Shown: positions 1-10,944, numbered from the stretch's first letter. The stretch: 64,000 nucleotides of DNA from an uncultured virus (IMG/VR IMGVR_UViG_3300001481_000036) (IMGVR_UViG_3300001481_000036), one strand, 5' to 3'. The notes: generated from the letters alone by a model not told the origin. Program-made: numbers and translations.

Positions 1-9
1 TGGCAGGGA

Positions 10-816
10 ATGGACACACCAACAAGACAATACCCATCCCCATTTATTCCGCCTTTCCCAGTCTCTTATAGGAAAGACTGGATTTCAAGAGATGATTCTA
101 CTGGTATTATCCCTGACTATATTGTGGCTGATCGTGGTGGGTTTGACCCTTCCATAGAGCCTACGGATTCCTCTCAATATCTTTCCTTTGCCTACAATTA
201 CCATATTTATAAAGGAATACACCAAGTAGGTGGACAGCCTGTAAGTGAAGTGCCATTAGGTTTGTTATCCTTTATCCAAGGCTCTGCCCAGTTTGTAGAG
301 CCACTAGAAAGAGAAGAATCTGATACACCACTAGACACTATCCGTACCTTTAAATATGGTTCTCATTATTGGAGAATTGTACAGGACTCACAGATAAACA
401 GAAACAACCTGCCTCACTTTGTTTTATTGACTGTCAGTGTATTTCCAAATGAATTAGTACTGTCCTCTTTAGTGGAAAACCAACTGCCTGTAAGACAAGT
501 TACCGTATTTAAATTCCCTGATTCCCTCGTACAGACTTTAAATTTAAATATGACTCCTTTACCAAGAAGCTCTCAGGTTTTACGTAGGGAGAGGATAAAT
601 ATCGTGACACGTGATCCCTCTACGGGTAATCCGTCCTACCAATATTCGGATGGTAATCCTGATGGAATTGTGAATATCCCCATTCATTGTCAGAATCCTT
701 TAGACCCTAATCTTCAGAATAGTGATACCGCAGAGATGCTTATTAACGATTATATGACAGCACGTAAGCGTGATGTGCAACAAACAGATCGCTATGGCTA
801 CATTATAGGATTCTAG
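10..816 (+). CDS. hypothetical phage protein, likely structural module
   Basis: 268-aa ORF co-oriented and tightly packed with downstream tail-like genes; no recognisable motif. Confidence 0.5.
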   Translation: MDTPTRQYPSPFIPPFPVSYRKDWISRDDSTGIIPDYIVADRGGFDPSIEPTDSSQYLSFAYNYHIYKGIHQVGGQPVSEVPLGLLSFIQGSAQFVEPLEREESDTPLDTIRTFKYGSHYWRIVQDSQINRNNLPHFVLLTVSVFPNELVLSSLVENQLPVRQVTVFKFPDSLVQTLNLNMTPLPRSSQVLRRERINIVTRDPSTGNPSYQYSDGNPDGIVNIPIHCQNPLDPNLQNSDTAEMLINDYMTARKRDVQQTDRYGYIIGF

Positions 817-826
817 GGGGTTTGGT

Positions 827-1849
827 ATGAAGATTAAAACACCAGAATATATAGAATTAGCCACTAACTCTATATTCTCTATGAAACAGGAAAATGAATA
901 TTCTACGTTAGTTATTAACTCTGATGCTGATTTACAAGTGTATCAGTTTGACTGTTATTCAATACAAAGTAGTGATTATATAAATTGTGGCGGTTCTTTT
1001 ACCTGTAATGGTAGTTTAAAGAGTGGTAGTGCAGAAGTAACATCATTAAAAGTAAAACAAGCAGGAAATGGTGTAACTCTAAGTAATTTTTCAAGTTCTT
1101 TAGTATCTGATGGAAATATAATTCCTAATACTACAGGAGCTTGTGATTTAGGTGGATCTAATTTTAGATGGAATAATGTGTATTCTTTAAATGTTGATGC
1201 ACAACAGATTGATATTATACACTCTATTGTTCCTACCTCTAATAATACAGCAAGCATTGGACAATCATATCAGAGATTCAACAATGCTTATATAAATCAT
1301 ATTGAAACAACGGATATTACAATACCCTATGGCAGTGATTCTTTTGTGATAAAGGTTGAGAATGGTCAATTCTCTGTAAATACCGGGATCTACCCAACAG
1401 GATCTTTTGATCTTGGTACAGTCTCTAATATGTGGCGTACCCTGTATGCACTGGAGATAGATTTAGATCCAACCAATACGGTTAAATTGTATGAGGATGA
1501 TGGAGATCTTATTCTACAGCCTAAAGTAAATGGAGCGGTCTATATTGGCACATCCACAAATACACATGGTGATTTATACGCAAAAAAACTTCATGGATGT
1601 CTTGAAACACTTTATGATCCTAATTTTAGCGTAGGTTCATTGGCAGAAATCCAAGTTGCGAATATAACGGACAGTGCGCCCGTTACCCTAACTCGTGCCT
1701 ATCTCGTGCAGAATGGCGAAATAACGGAGCTAAATAAACGCATTTCTGTCACCGTGGACGGAGTTGCTGCTAATGGTAAATGGCGGATATTGAATAGTGT
1801 CACATTCACAGGAACACCTGCTAAAGTCATGGCTGTAAGGGTTGAGTAA
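827..1849 (+). CDS. putative tail fibre/tail spike-like protein
   Basis: S/T/N/G-rich; three repeats of P-x(3-5)-(D/S)(L/I)G-x4-(W/F)-x3-Y (IPNTTGACDLGGSNFRWNNVY, VPTSNNTASIGQSYQRFNNAY, YPTGSFDLGTVSNMWRTLY), a pattern seen in phage fibre proteins. Confidence 0.55.
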   Translation: MKIKTPEYIELATNSIFSMKQENEYSTLVINSDADLQVYQFDCYSIQSSDYINCGGSFTCNGSLKSGSAEVTSLKVKQAGNGVTLSNFSSSLVSDGNIIPNTTGACDLGGSNFRWNNVYSLNVDAQQIDIIHSIVPTSNNTASIGQSYQRFNNAYINHIETTDITIPYGSDSFVIKVENGQFSVNTGIYPTGSFDLGTVSNMWRTLYALEIDLDPTNTVKLYEDDGDLILQPKVNGAVYIGTSTNTHGDLYAKKLHGCLETLYDPNFSVGSLAEIQVANITDSAPVTLTRAYLVQNGEITELNKRISVTVDGVAANGKWRILNSVTFTGTPAKVMAVRVE

Positions 1850-1916
1850 GTTTTTAGATGGTGGCGTTATTAAAAGATAGAAAGAATTATCCTCGCAAGA
1901 GATAGGAGTAATATAT

Positions 1917-3446
1917 ATGTCAATAGAAACACTCTCTACATTATTCCCTCTTATAGACGATCCTGCGAATATTTTTTATTCTAGGCTTAAGTCTTTTTTT
2001 CTTTCACAGTTCCCTTCTTTCCTGCAAGTAAAGTGCTTAAATAGAGTGAAGCGTTTGGTAGAGATTCACCTTCCCTACACTTCACAGATTTGGAAAGTTA
2101 AATTTGATAGTAGAAAACTCCCCACTTCTGTTAAGGAAGGGTTAGATCAAGGAAAGACGTATGGAGTTTACGCAGAGATTGTTCTTAATAAAACAAGACT
2201 TGCTAATTATGAAACAACCATGTCTGGTGAGGAAATTCCAGTAGATGAAATTATTTATAGCATTAACAATATATACAACCGTCCAAAATATATAGAGTCA
2301 AAAGAAAGAGTTTTAGTAGAGGTACGTACAACCAGTATAAGTATCTTTGTTAGAATAAGTAATTCCTTAACAAAATATTACCGCTATTTCTACGAGGGGT
2401 TAGACAAGACCTCTTATAAAGATACATATACCTCTCTTTATAAGCCTGTTATAGGTAGAAAGATCAGATTTTATTCTGAGGATCGTACAGACATCGAGCC
2501 CGGGCAAGTCGTAGAGTTATGGCAATGGGATCTTTATGATATAGACTCTGATTATAATGAGACTCTAATTGATTCCTTCTCTGTTGATAAGGATGCTAGT
2601 AATAATATTATCCAAGATAGTTGTAAATCATGTGGATATAAGTATATGTGGCCTCTTACTTATGGCCCATCTGTGGATCACCCTATACGCCTAACATTCT
2701 GTAAGGAAAAATATAGTGCTACTCCTTATGATACATCAGAACCCTTCGAGGTAACGGTTATGGAACATTCATTTGCTTCTGCAAATGACCCTGTGGACAT
2801 CTTTCTATACCCTCTAACCGATGCGTACTTTGATAATCGAGGTTTATGTACAGATCCTTTAGGTTGGGTTTGTAATCATATTCGTATAGGTACTAAAGGA
2901 GATGATGTAAGGAGACGATACTATAAAGAGGAGATAGCTTTAGCTCTTTGCTTCTTATTGAATATTAACTTTAGATTCCTTTATTCCTATTTTGATGCTC
3001 CTGATTACCTGTCCTGTATTAACATAAAGACCAATTGTGTTAATGTTCCTCAAGAGGACTTTGGTCGTAGAATTACCGTACCTGATAATATGGATAATGG
3101 TTATGGATATACACAGTCTTATGCTTTAGCAGAGATGGCTAAGGTTTATTTTGAAGAACCTTTTGGTTTACAGAGAACGATAGACCCAACTTCCACAAAT
3201 GTACCATTGGTACAGAATAGTTTGGTTTATGGTTATGAGTCTCCATTTACAAGGTTTAGACAGGAGAATCAAAATCTTTTAAATAATATGAGATCCGCTT
3301 TTAGTAATGGTGATAATATTTACATTAAATGTAAATATCCATCTACCACAGAAACTCTACATACAATACAGGAATTGATTAAGAGTAATCGTATAGAATC
3401 TCTCACGTCACCCAACTATATTAATAGTAGCCTTTTATTTGAGTAA
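1917..3446 (+). CDS. hypothetical protein (possibly baseplate/structural)
   Basis: 509-aa ORF with AGGAG RBS; function not recognisable. Confidence 0.5.
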   Translation: MSIETLSTLFPLIDDPANIFYSRLKSFFLSQFPSFLQVKCLNRVKRLVEIHLPYTSQIWKVKFDSRKLPTSVKEGLDQGKTYGVYAEIVLNKTRLANYETTMSGEEIPVDEIIYSINNIYNRPKYIESKERVLVEVRTTSISIFVRISNSLTKYYRYFYEGLDKTSYKDTYTSLYKPVIGRKIRFYSEDRTDIEPGQVVELWQWDLYDIDSDYNETLIDSFSVDKDASNNIIQDSCKSCGYKYMWPLTYGPSVDHPIRLTFCKEKYSATPYDTSEPFEVTVMEHSFASANDPVDIFLYPLTDAYFDNRGLCTDPLGWVCNHIRIGTKGDDVRRRYYKEEIALALCFLLNINFRFLYSYFDAPDYLSCINIKTNCVNVPQEDFGRRITVPDNMDNGYGYTQSYALAEMAKVYFEEPFGLQRTIDPTSTNVPLVQNSLVYGYESPFTRFRQENQNLLNNMRSAFSNGDNIYIKCKYPSTTETLHTIQELIKSNRIESLTSPNYINSSLLFE

Positions 3447-3458
3447 GGAGATATAACA

Positions 3459-4154
3459 ATGATAAATTCTGGTTTAGAATTTACCTTTATTAGAGAAGGG
3501 GAGAATTACAACGTACAAGATGTATTCTCTTTCTCCCCACTAGGGAAACATAAAGGAAGTTTAAATTCAGCACTAACAGATTCTTATTTTGAATTTCCTT
3601 TTTTCAACCTAGTGCAGAATACTCCATTTAAAGTAACTCTTTATAATGAAAAGCCAACAAGTATTGGAATGAGAGAGTTCTATTTAAGAGAGATTTCTAA
3701 GACATGGATAACTCTAGCTAGAATCTATAATGCTATGGTTAATAAAGGATTTACAATTCCTGATAGAATCTCCTATACTCCGTGCTTTGTACCAAATATT
3801 TACTATATAAATAAGTGTTATGAATCATACCTCTTTTTTGAAAATTATGTTGGTAGTGATGGACAGGTAGTAGCTAATAAAGCGGATTACTTGATCTTTT
3901 TTCCACTAATCTTTACGCATATTTCAAATGGATATATCTCTATAAACCCAATGTATATGTTTAAAGAACTAGTAGATACACTTAGTCCATTTTATTCTAA
4001 TGTGGAAATGGATTATGAAGTATTCTTATTAACAAAGTCTAACTTTTCTCCTGATAGTTCCCCAGAGTTCTTGGGACTTCCTGTATTTGAGCTTTCTAAA
4101 GGAAATAATATTCCGAATATAATTCCTGATAAATTTAACTTGGATAGGTGGTAA
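3459..4154 (+). CDS. hypothetical protein
   Basis: 231-aa ORF, GGAG RBS, operon-like spacing. Confidence 0.5.
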   Translation: MINSGLEFTFIREGENYNVQDVFSFSPLGKHKGSLNSALTDSYFEFPFFNLVQNTPFKVTLYNEKPTSIGMREFYLREISKTWITLARIYNAMVNKGFTIPDRISYTPCFVPNIYYINKCYESYLFFENYVGSDGQVVANKADYLIFFPLIFTHISNGYISINPMYMFKELVDTLSPFYSNVEMDYEVFLLTKSNFSPDSSPEFLGLPVFELSKGNNIPNIIPDKFNLDRW

Positions 4155-4157
4155 GCC

Positions 4158-5372
4158 ATGACAAAGATGAAAGGAAGACGAAAGAAGTTTACTATTTTAA
4201 ATCAGCTTTATCGTCGTTTTACAAATAGACGGCGTGGGTACACTCCAAGAAAGATAGACTTAAAGAAAGTTACATACCCTTTTTCCTATACTGTAAGTTT
4301 GGGTGTAAAATCTTTTCCATTATTTAATGGTATAAATCGTATCTACTCTCTACCACAAACTCTTAATTTACATTTGCGTGAAAAAGCATTTCTTCTAGAC
4401 CAGTATAGCTTTAGTAATCCACAGTCTTTAATAACCTTAGCTTCTACTCTTAGTAAAGATAACATAGCTATATGTACATATAGCTCGGATAGTGAGTATA
4501 TATATGATTTTCCTTTTAGAAAGAAGAGTAGTCTCACTACAATACATTATGATCAACCTAAACAACAAATAACGGAGAGATTGTTACCCGGTGTGTACTT
4601 TACAAGAGAGCATAGATGGGGGTATACATTGGAATATTCAGATACTATTCATCTTTATGAGAGAGATGTTAATGAAGGCTTGGATGAGTCTATGTATTCT
4701 GTAAGAGAATCAGCTATTTACATTCCTTTTGATGCGATAGAAACTCCAATCTTACAAGCGTATGTTCCAATAAGATTGGGTACTAAAGTTAATCTTAGTT
4801 CTAGTAATATTAGAAAAACAAGTAATGGTTTTGATATGTGTGTTCCTTTAGATTTACATTCAGATGAGTGTTACTGGATGGGAATTAATATTGACTGTAA
4901 TAAAGAACATAAGGCATCACGAAACTATTCTGAACCTGTATATCAGGCTAAGGACTTCTTAGAAGTAGAATATATTGCTGAGATAGCTAGGCAATACTTT
5001 GTTACACAACAAACTACACCAACTTATTGGTTAATATACAGAAGTATAATTGATCCTATTATAACTACAAGGACATTTAATTCTTATAAAATGCAAGGGT
5101 TTACTAACCTTAATGTTGGTAGTGATATGCAGAATCAGGGTAGTAATGTTAGATCAAAGTATATGTCTTCCTTAACTAATAGTGCTTATCTTTGTAGTGT
5201 TAGGCAGTATGTTTCTTATGGCACTCCAAAATTAGAGGGGTTTATTCTAGGTGAATATTCAAAAAGTTCCGTTACTACGGCCTCTTATAAATACTTTAAT
5301 AAGGAAGCTAGAGAGGCTTTAGAGAGACTTGCTGTACCCGTTGGAGAGCAATTCCCAATTTCTAACTTTTAA
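4158..5372 (+). CDS. hypothetical protein
   Basis: 404-aa ORF with basic N-terminus. Confidence 0.5.
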   Translation: MTKMKGRRKKFTILNQLYRRFTNRRRGYTPRKIDLKKVTYPFSYTVSLGVKSFPLFNGINRIYSLPQTLNLHLREKAFLLDQYSFSNPQSLITLASTLSKDNIAICTYSSDSEYIYDFPFRKKSSLTTIHYDQPKQQITERLLPGVYFTREHRWGYTLEYSDTIHLYERDVNEGLDESMYSVRESAIYIPFDAIETPILQAYVPIRLGTKVNLSSSNIRKTSNGFDMCVPLDLHSDECYWMGINIDCNKEHKASRNYSEPVYQAKDFLEVEYIAEIARQYFVTQQTTPTYWLIYRSIIDPIITTRTFNSYKMQGFTNLNVGSDMQNQGSNVRSKYMSSLTNSAYLCSVRQYVSYGTPKLEGFILGEYSKSSVTTASYKYFNKEAREALERLAVPVGEQFPISNF

Positions 5373-5487
5373 GAAAAATTTTTAGATTTTATATCTACCT
5401 ATATGATAGGGGTCTATTCATAAAGAAATTACCTTTTAGCCCTTCGGGGTTTTCTGGTGGCCTCTGTCTATCTTCTTTAAGGCAAGA

Positions 5488-6342
5488 ATGAGCAGTATTC
5501 TTATTGATACTTCTAATCTGTTGTATCGTGGTTATTATTCCTTCCCTAATCATCCTTGTGGAGAAGTTTTCTTTACATTGACCACAATACGATCTTATTT
5601 AACAAACCCTACCTCTCATGTTTACCTTTGTTTGGATGGAACACCTAAAGGTAAACAGATAAATGAGGCATATAAAGCTAACAGGGATCATGGAGAGGTT
5701 TCCGTTTATCGTTATCTGCCCCAATTGGTTTATATGCTTCAAAACTTACACAGGGTGCATATAGCTTATAATCCTGATTTGGAAGCGGATGAGGTTATCT
5801 TTTCCCTTACACGTATATTAGAGGGGAACAAACTGATTGTATCTACGGATAATGACCTCTTACAGTCTTTAAAAGAGGACACAGAAATACAGAGACAGGA
5901 TAAAATAATCAATGAACAGTATTATAGGACGGAGATGGTGCAGAAGTTCCATTCTGTCACGCCATCCCGTTTACCTGTATATAGAGCTATTGTCGGAGAT
6001 AGCTCAGATAATTTAAAACCCCCTGTACCCCGTTTCCCTAAAGAATTAGCCGCGTTAATTGCAGAGAGTATTGATTATGATGGAACTGTCCCAACTAAAG
6101 AGAGACTGCAAGCTCTTTTTCAGTCTTTTGATAATCTTACTAAGTCAAAGAAAGAAAAGTTAGACCTCTTATTAGAGAACTATCACAGCTTTAGCACCAA
6201 CTTTGAAATTATGAAGCTGAATGTGCATACCGATTTAAACTACCCATTCCTAAAAGAGAATCCCATAATACCAAACTTTCCCTCTGGCGTTATGGGTGTC
6301 TTTAAAACAATTAAATTATTGGATGCTAACCAAGAATGTTAG
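5488..6342 (+). CDS. 5'-3' exonuclease / flap endonuclease (T4 RNase H / PolI N-terminal-like)
   Basis: ILIDTSNLLYRGY, YKANR, EADEVI, STDNDLLQ and GDSSDN motifs of the FEN/5'-3' exonuclease family. Confidence 0.9.
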   Translation: MSSILIDTSNLLYRGYYSFPNHPCGEVFFTLTTIRSYLTNPTSHVYLCLDGTPKGKQINEAYKANRDHGEVSVYRYLPQLVYMLQNLHRVHIAYNPDLEADEVIFSLTRILEGNKLIVSTDNDLLQSLKEDTEIQRQDKIINEQYYRTEMVQKFHSVTPSRLPVYRAIVGDSSDNLKPPVPRFPKELAALIAESIDYDGTVPTKERLQALFQSFDNLTKSKKEKLDLLLENYHSFSTNFEIMKLNVHTDLNYPFLKENPIIPNFPSGVMGVFKTIKLLDANQEC

Positions 6343-6602
6343 TTTATTTTATTGGCCTTATAGGAAATTTATTCTTCGGCTTTAAGTCTTTATTCCAAGT
6401 TATAGCCTGTATAAGGAAACATAGCACAAAGGGTTTGTCCACAGGAATGTTGATTACAGATTTCTTAGGGAACATCTTCTGCGCTTCCTTTATTTTTCTT
6501 ACTACGGGCTTTACTCTCTGGCCTCAATTTGTGAACTATTTCTTTGCAACTCTATGGCTGATTATCCTTTTTGCTCTAAAGATTCTCTACAAATCTAAGT
6601 AA
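6336..6602 (+). CDS. small 3-TM PQ-loop/SemiSWEET-like membrane protein
   Basis: three hydrophobic segments; FQVIACIRKHSTKGLS resembles the PQ-loop consensus (xQ...K.T.GLS); WPQFVNY. Confidence 0.6.
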   Translation: MLVYFIGLIGNLFFGFKSLFQVIACIRKHSTKGLSTGMLITDFLGNIFCASFIFLTTGFTLWPQFVNYFFATLWLIILFALKILYKSK

Positions 6603-6632
6603 TATAGGGAGTCTTTTAGATGGGAGGTGCTT

Positions 6633-7112
6633 ATGTCAGCTATCATCATATCCGCATTCTTTTGTTGTGGTAAAACAACATTTGCTAACAATCACCCAGA
6701 AATGAAGGTGATTGATATGGAAGGGGAAGATTGGCTTAAAACAAAGAAAGGGGTGTTTAATCCAAAGTGGCCAAACAACTACATTCAGGCTATAAAAGGA
6801 AACCTTAATCAGTACGATGTTATCTTTGTTTCCTCGAATGGTAGTGTAAGGAGTGCATTGGCGAAAGAAAAAATACCTTATGTTTTAGTCTATCCAGAGA
6901 ATACCCCAGAGTGCTATAATGAATGGAACAAGAGGTGTTGCTCTAGGGGAACACCACGTCTTTGGGAATGTTTTATCTCTACACACTGGCAGAAAGTACT
7001 GCATTACTTTAAACAAGACCCTTCGGCAATAAGACACTATAAATTACAGGCTAATGAGTATTTAGACACTGTGGTTATGAAAGAGTTGGAACTTAGGAAT
7101 ACAGGAAAATAA
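6633..7112 (+). CDS. P-loop kinase-like protein
   Basis: IIISAFFCCGKTT Walker A followed by VIDMEG; ATG at 6633 is well spaced from GGGAGG. Confidence 0.65.
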   Translation: MSAIIISAFFCCGKTTFANNHPEMKVIDMEGEDWLKTKKGVFNPKWPNNYIQAIKGNLNQYDVIFVSSNGSVRSALAKEKIPYVLVYPENTPECYNEWNKRCCSRGTPRLWECFISTHWQKVLHYFKQDPSAIRHYKLQANEYLDTVVMKELELRNTGK

Positions 7113-7113
7113 A

Positions 7114-9567
7114 ATGGCTTATACACTATACCCTACACAGGAAAAGGCATTAGAGAAACTTTACACTATGAGATCTGCGGTAATTGCTCTAATGCCTGGT
7201 AATGGCAAAACGATTATCTCTTTACATTTAGCAAAACACCTTCAAGATAAAGAAGCTGTCTGCACAATATTCTGTATTCCTAAATCAGCTAGGGCGGCGT
7301 TTGAAAAAGAGATGAAGCTAAAGTTGGAAGCTCCATACCTTATGATTAATACAGACAGTCCCTTAGAGGATCGATCTCTCTTATATAAGTATTCCTTTAT
7401 CTTTATCGAGTTTTCTGTCTTAGGCAATTATATTGATGATTTGGTTGAGCTAACTAAAGTAACTCCCTCTTACATATTCATAGATGAGGCTCATGCCTTA
7501 TGTTCACCTAAATCAGCACAAACTACATACATGAGAATGATACGGCAGAATTGTAGAGGATGTTATGCTATTAGTGCTACCCCTTTAGTCACTTCTATAG
7601 AAGGATTGTTCCATCTTTACAGTTTTACTTTCCCAACTGTAAGAATATTTCAGTCTTGGTTTAAATTTCGTAATCAATACTGCATTACGCAGGATAGAAC
7701 CATAAGGATGATGGGGAAGAAAAGAATCATAAAAGAGATTGTTGGTTATAAGAATATGAAGGAGCTGAATGATATTCTGGATAAAATAACGATAAAAGGA
7801 GCTACTGAATATGATGTAGATTACCAATTTAAAAAAGTTCCATTAGATGATGATAGATTAGAGCAATATAAACTAGCGGCTAAAGGATTATTGGTTACAG
7901 AGGAAGAGAAGGAGTGGGGGCCTCGACTTCATGATCTTCAACGTGTCGTAGATGGTTTGCCACAAAATGAAGAGCCTGTTAAGGAATACAATAAAACACG
8001 CTTACTATTAGACACTGTAAAAGAGATAATGGGTAGGAATGAAGCTACTCTTATTTATGTAGAATATATGGACACCATAGATTACTTAAAAGAGATACTA
8101 AGTAATCATAAGGATGAACTGAACTATAACTCTATTATGGTTTTGTCTGGTCAGGAAAAAGAGGACAAAAGACAAAAGATTGAGCAGGAATTATCGGACA
8201 GGGATATTGTTATTATCACCAAAGCAGGAAGACAGTGTTTTGGTAAAGGAACAGAAATATTGATGGCAGATGGAACTATAAAGAAAGTGGAGGATATAAT
8301 AGTAGGTGATCAGGTAATGGGAATGGACAGTAAACCTAGAGTAGTTAAGGAGTTACATTCAGGAATTGATGATCTTTATATAGTACATCAAAATAAATCT
8401 AGTGATTATGTAGTAAATTCTGAGCATATTTTAAGTGTACGAAATACTATAAGATATAAAGTGAGGGTTAATAAAAATTCTTATTTACATCAAGATGTTT
8501 TGGACTTACCTATTAAGGAGTATATGAATCTTTCTTCTTATAAAAGAACGGTATTACGTGGATTTAAGACAGGTTTTTTAGGAGAAGAAAAAGATTTACC
8601 AATACCACCGTATATTTTAGGTATATGGTTAGGTGATGGTACGAAAAAACGTCCAGAAATAACCATAAATAATAAGGATATAGAAATATATAATGAATGG
8701 AAATTTTATGGAGAATCTATTGGACTAGAAGCTACAATAGAAGATAAACGAGAGAAATCTTTTAGGAGTTATTTAACCTCACATATAAATGGAAAGACAA
8801 ATCCATTTACACAATTAATAAAAAAAGTAATTGGAGAGGAAAAAAATATCCCTGAAATATATTTAACATCTTCACGTAAACAAAGATTGGAGCTACTAGC
8901 AGGTTTGATTGATACAGATGGTAATAAGCATAGAGAAGGGTTAGCTATATCTAGTGTATTTCCACAAATAGCCTTTAGCATAAAGAGACTTTGTGATGGG
9001 TTAGGGTATCATACACACATAAAAAAAAGTTATAAAAAAACAGCATATAAAGAGTCGTATATTTATACTATAGGCATCTCCGGGTATTTTGATGATTTAC
9101 CTCTTAGGATAAAAAGAAAGATTCCTGAAAAAAGAAATCCCAAAACGGACTATGCGGCTTCCTCTTTAAAGATAGAATATAAAGGAGTTGGAGAATTTTA
9201 TGGTTTTGAAATAGAAGGTGATCCACATTTTCAGTTAGCTGATGGAACTATTGTACATAATTCGAGAAATTTGCAAAGGTCGAATAACCTTATTATGTAT
9301 AACATTCCTTATTCCTTATCCGACTTTATTCAATTATCAGGACGGATTTGTCGTGTAGATACCACCTTCGACAAACAACACTTTTACATCTTAGAGGTGG
9401 AGCAAACTATCGACTCTTATCGTATAGCACTCTTTAAGGATCATCTCTCTTTATTAGATCGTCTTTTAGGTAAAGAGTGTAGGGGAACATTAACCTGTGA
9501 TTACGTAGAGATAGACCGTATGAAGATGAAAGATTTGAAACGGTCTTTATTATGGAGAACAAGATGA
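7114..9567 (+). CDS. SF2 (SNF2/DEAH-like) helicase containing an intein
   Basis: MPGNGKT, IDEAH, SATP, QLSGRICR motifs; motif V (KAGRQ|SRNLQ) is split by an intein. Confidence 0.9.
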   Translation: MAYTLYPTQEKALEKLYTMRSAVIALMPGNGKTIISLHLAKHLQDKEAVCTIFCIPKSARAAFEKEMKLKLEAPYLMINTDSPLEDRSLLYKYSFIFIEFSVLGNYIDDLVELTKVTPSYIFIDEAHALCSPKSAQTTYMRMIRQNCRGCYAISATPLVTSIEGLFHLYSFTFPTVRIFQSWFKFRNQYCITQDRTIRMMGKKRIIKEIVGYKNMKELNDILDKITIKGATEYDVDYQFKKVPLDDDRLEQYKLAAKGLLVTEEEKEWGPRLHDLQRVVDGLPQNEEPVKEYNKTRLLLDTVKEIMGRNEATLIYVEYMDTIDYLKEILSNHKDELNYNSIMVLSGQEKEDKRQKIEQELSDRDIVIITKAGRQCFGKGTEILMADGTIKKVEDIIVGDQVMGMDSKPRVVKELHSGIDDLYIVHQNKSSDYVVNSEHILSVRNTIRYKVRVNKNSYLHQDVLDLPIKEYMNLSSYKRTVLRGFKTGFLGEEKDLPIPPYILGIWLGDGTKKRPEITINNKDIEIYNEWKFYGESIGLEATIEDKREKSFRSYLTSHINGKTNPFTQLIKKVIGEEKNIPEIYLTSSRKQRLELLAGLIDTDGNKHREGLAISSVFPQIAFSIKRLCDGLGYHTHIKKSYKKTAYKESYIYTIGISGYFDDLPLRIKRKIPEKRNPKTDYAASSLKIEYKGVGEFYGFEIEGDPHFQLADGTIVHNSRNLQRSNNLIMYNIPYSLSDFIQLSGRICRVDTTFDKQHFYILEVEQTIDSYRIALFKDHLSLLDRLLGKECRGTLTCDYVEIDRMKMKDLKRSLLWRTR
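8236..9261 (+). mobile_element. intein (342 aa) with LAGLIDADG homing endonuclease
   Basis: starts CFGKGT, block B VNSEHIL, LGIWLGDG and LLAGLIDTDG, ends IVHN followed by Ser(+1). Confidence 0.93.
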
Positions 9568-10937
9568 CAATACCAGAGAATATTGTTCCTAGCCCAAAGG
9601 ATGTCGGTACATTATTAGGTATATCAAAACTCTTTAATATAAATGATGATCCTTATAATAAGAAACTTACTATGCTTTATAAGCAAGTAGGGAAAATGAG
9701 GGACATCTTTATCAAAGGCCCTAGTAAATCTGTTAAGAATATTCTTACTATGGATGAGAGTTGGGGCGAGCCTTTTGAAAAGACTAAAAGTAAGCTGATT
9801 GATAAAGGTGTCTATGCCTTTGTTACTAAGGCAGACGGTGAAGGAGCAACTATATGGGGTTTAATTCCAGATGATTCTTTTTTAGGTGATAATGAGGCTA
9901 AAACACATTCTACTAAGAAAGTAAAGTTAGAGGATGATGGTGATGTCTCACAGCTTAATAAAGAAGCAGATAGAGAGTTAGCTGATAAGAATGCAGAGAC
10001 AAATAAAACTAAAAACGATAAAGACAAAGAGGATGATGCGAAAGATGATGCAAGTAGAGAAGATCAATCTTCCTCTTTAGGGAAACTTACTAAGTTTAAT
10101 AATACCGTTAAGGGAGATATTAAAGGCCGTCGATGGATGACCGCCTTTAATAATGCACAGAAAGAAATGCCTGTTGGTGAGAATGGACAGAAAGGAGCGC
10201 CTTTTGCCATAGCTTTTGTAGCCAGTTATACCGAGAACTCTATACCTTGGTTTGGTAAAGTAGCTTGGGGTGTAGCTGTAAAGAATGATGTTATCTCTTT
10301 AACACAGATTCCTTTAATGTTACAGGGTAATAAAGATCAATACTTTGTTTGGTCTTTCGTTGCTAAGATTCCTATTACTGATTCAGAATTAACTGGTAAA
10401 TTTGGTAAAGGTGGCGGGGAGTCTAATTATTCTAATTTTAAGAAACTCCGTGACTACCTTAATAAAGAATGTGAGCCATTAAATGAAAGGGGGGAATACT
10501 CTTTTGCTAAAGGTGGTGAGAAAACAACTCAGAGTCCAGATAAGAGTAAGTCTAGACCTGATGAGAAAGGTAAAGAGGACAGTAAAAACAAGACTGACAC
10601 ACAGAATAAGACTGATAATAAATCGGAAACAAACACTCAATCTAAAACAGACCCTTTACATGCCGCACAACAGAAATTAAATCAAACCAATACTCAATCA
10701 ATCAACGACAGCTACATTCACTCTGTTACAGAGTCTATAGAAATAGCTCAATCCTTCTTAATGGATGAAACATATAGGATGTATGAATATAGTGGTTTTG
10801 GTAGAAGTAGTGACGACGATGACGGTAAAGCAGATGTTGGATCCGATAGAGCTACATTCCCGTCTGGATCTCCATACTTAAATAAGATTAAGAACTCTGG
10901 GTATAATGAAGTGCCAATGTTAGGCCCCCTTTATTAA
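9564..10937 (+). CDS. hypothetical protein with K/D/T-rich low-complexity linkers
   Basis: long ORF; ATG 9564 overlaps the helicase TGA (ATGA) and follows GGAG. Confidence 0.55.
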   Translation: MTIPENIVPSPKDVGTLLGISKLFNINDDPYNKKLTMLYKQVGKMRDIFIKGPSKSVKNILTMDESWGEPFEKTKSKLIDKGVYAFVTKADGEGATIWGLIPDDSFLGDNEAKTHSTKKVKLEDDGDVSQLNKEADRELADKNAETNKTKNDKDKEDDAKDDASREDQSSSLGKLTKFNNTVKGDIKGRRWMTAFNNAQKEMPVGENGQKGAPFAIAFVASYTENSIPWFGKVAWGVAVKNDVISLTQIPLMLQGNKDQYFVWSFVAKIPITDSELTGKFGKGGGESNYSNFKKLRDYLNKECEPLNERGEYSFAKGGEKTTQSPDKSKSRPDEKGKEDSKNKTDTQNKTDNKSETNTQSKTDPLHAAQQKLNQTNTQSINDSYIHSVTESIEIAQSFLMDETYRMYEYSGFGRSSDDDDGKADVGSDRATFPSGSPYLNKIKNSGYNEVPMLGPLY

Positions 10938-10944
10938 GGATGTT

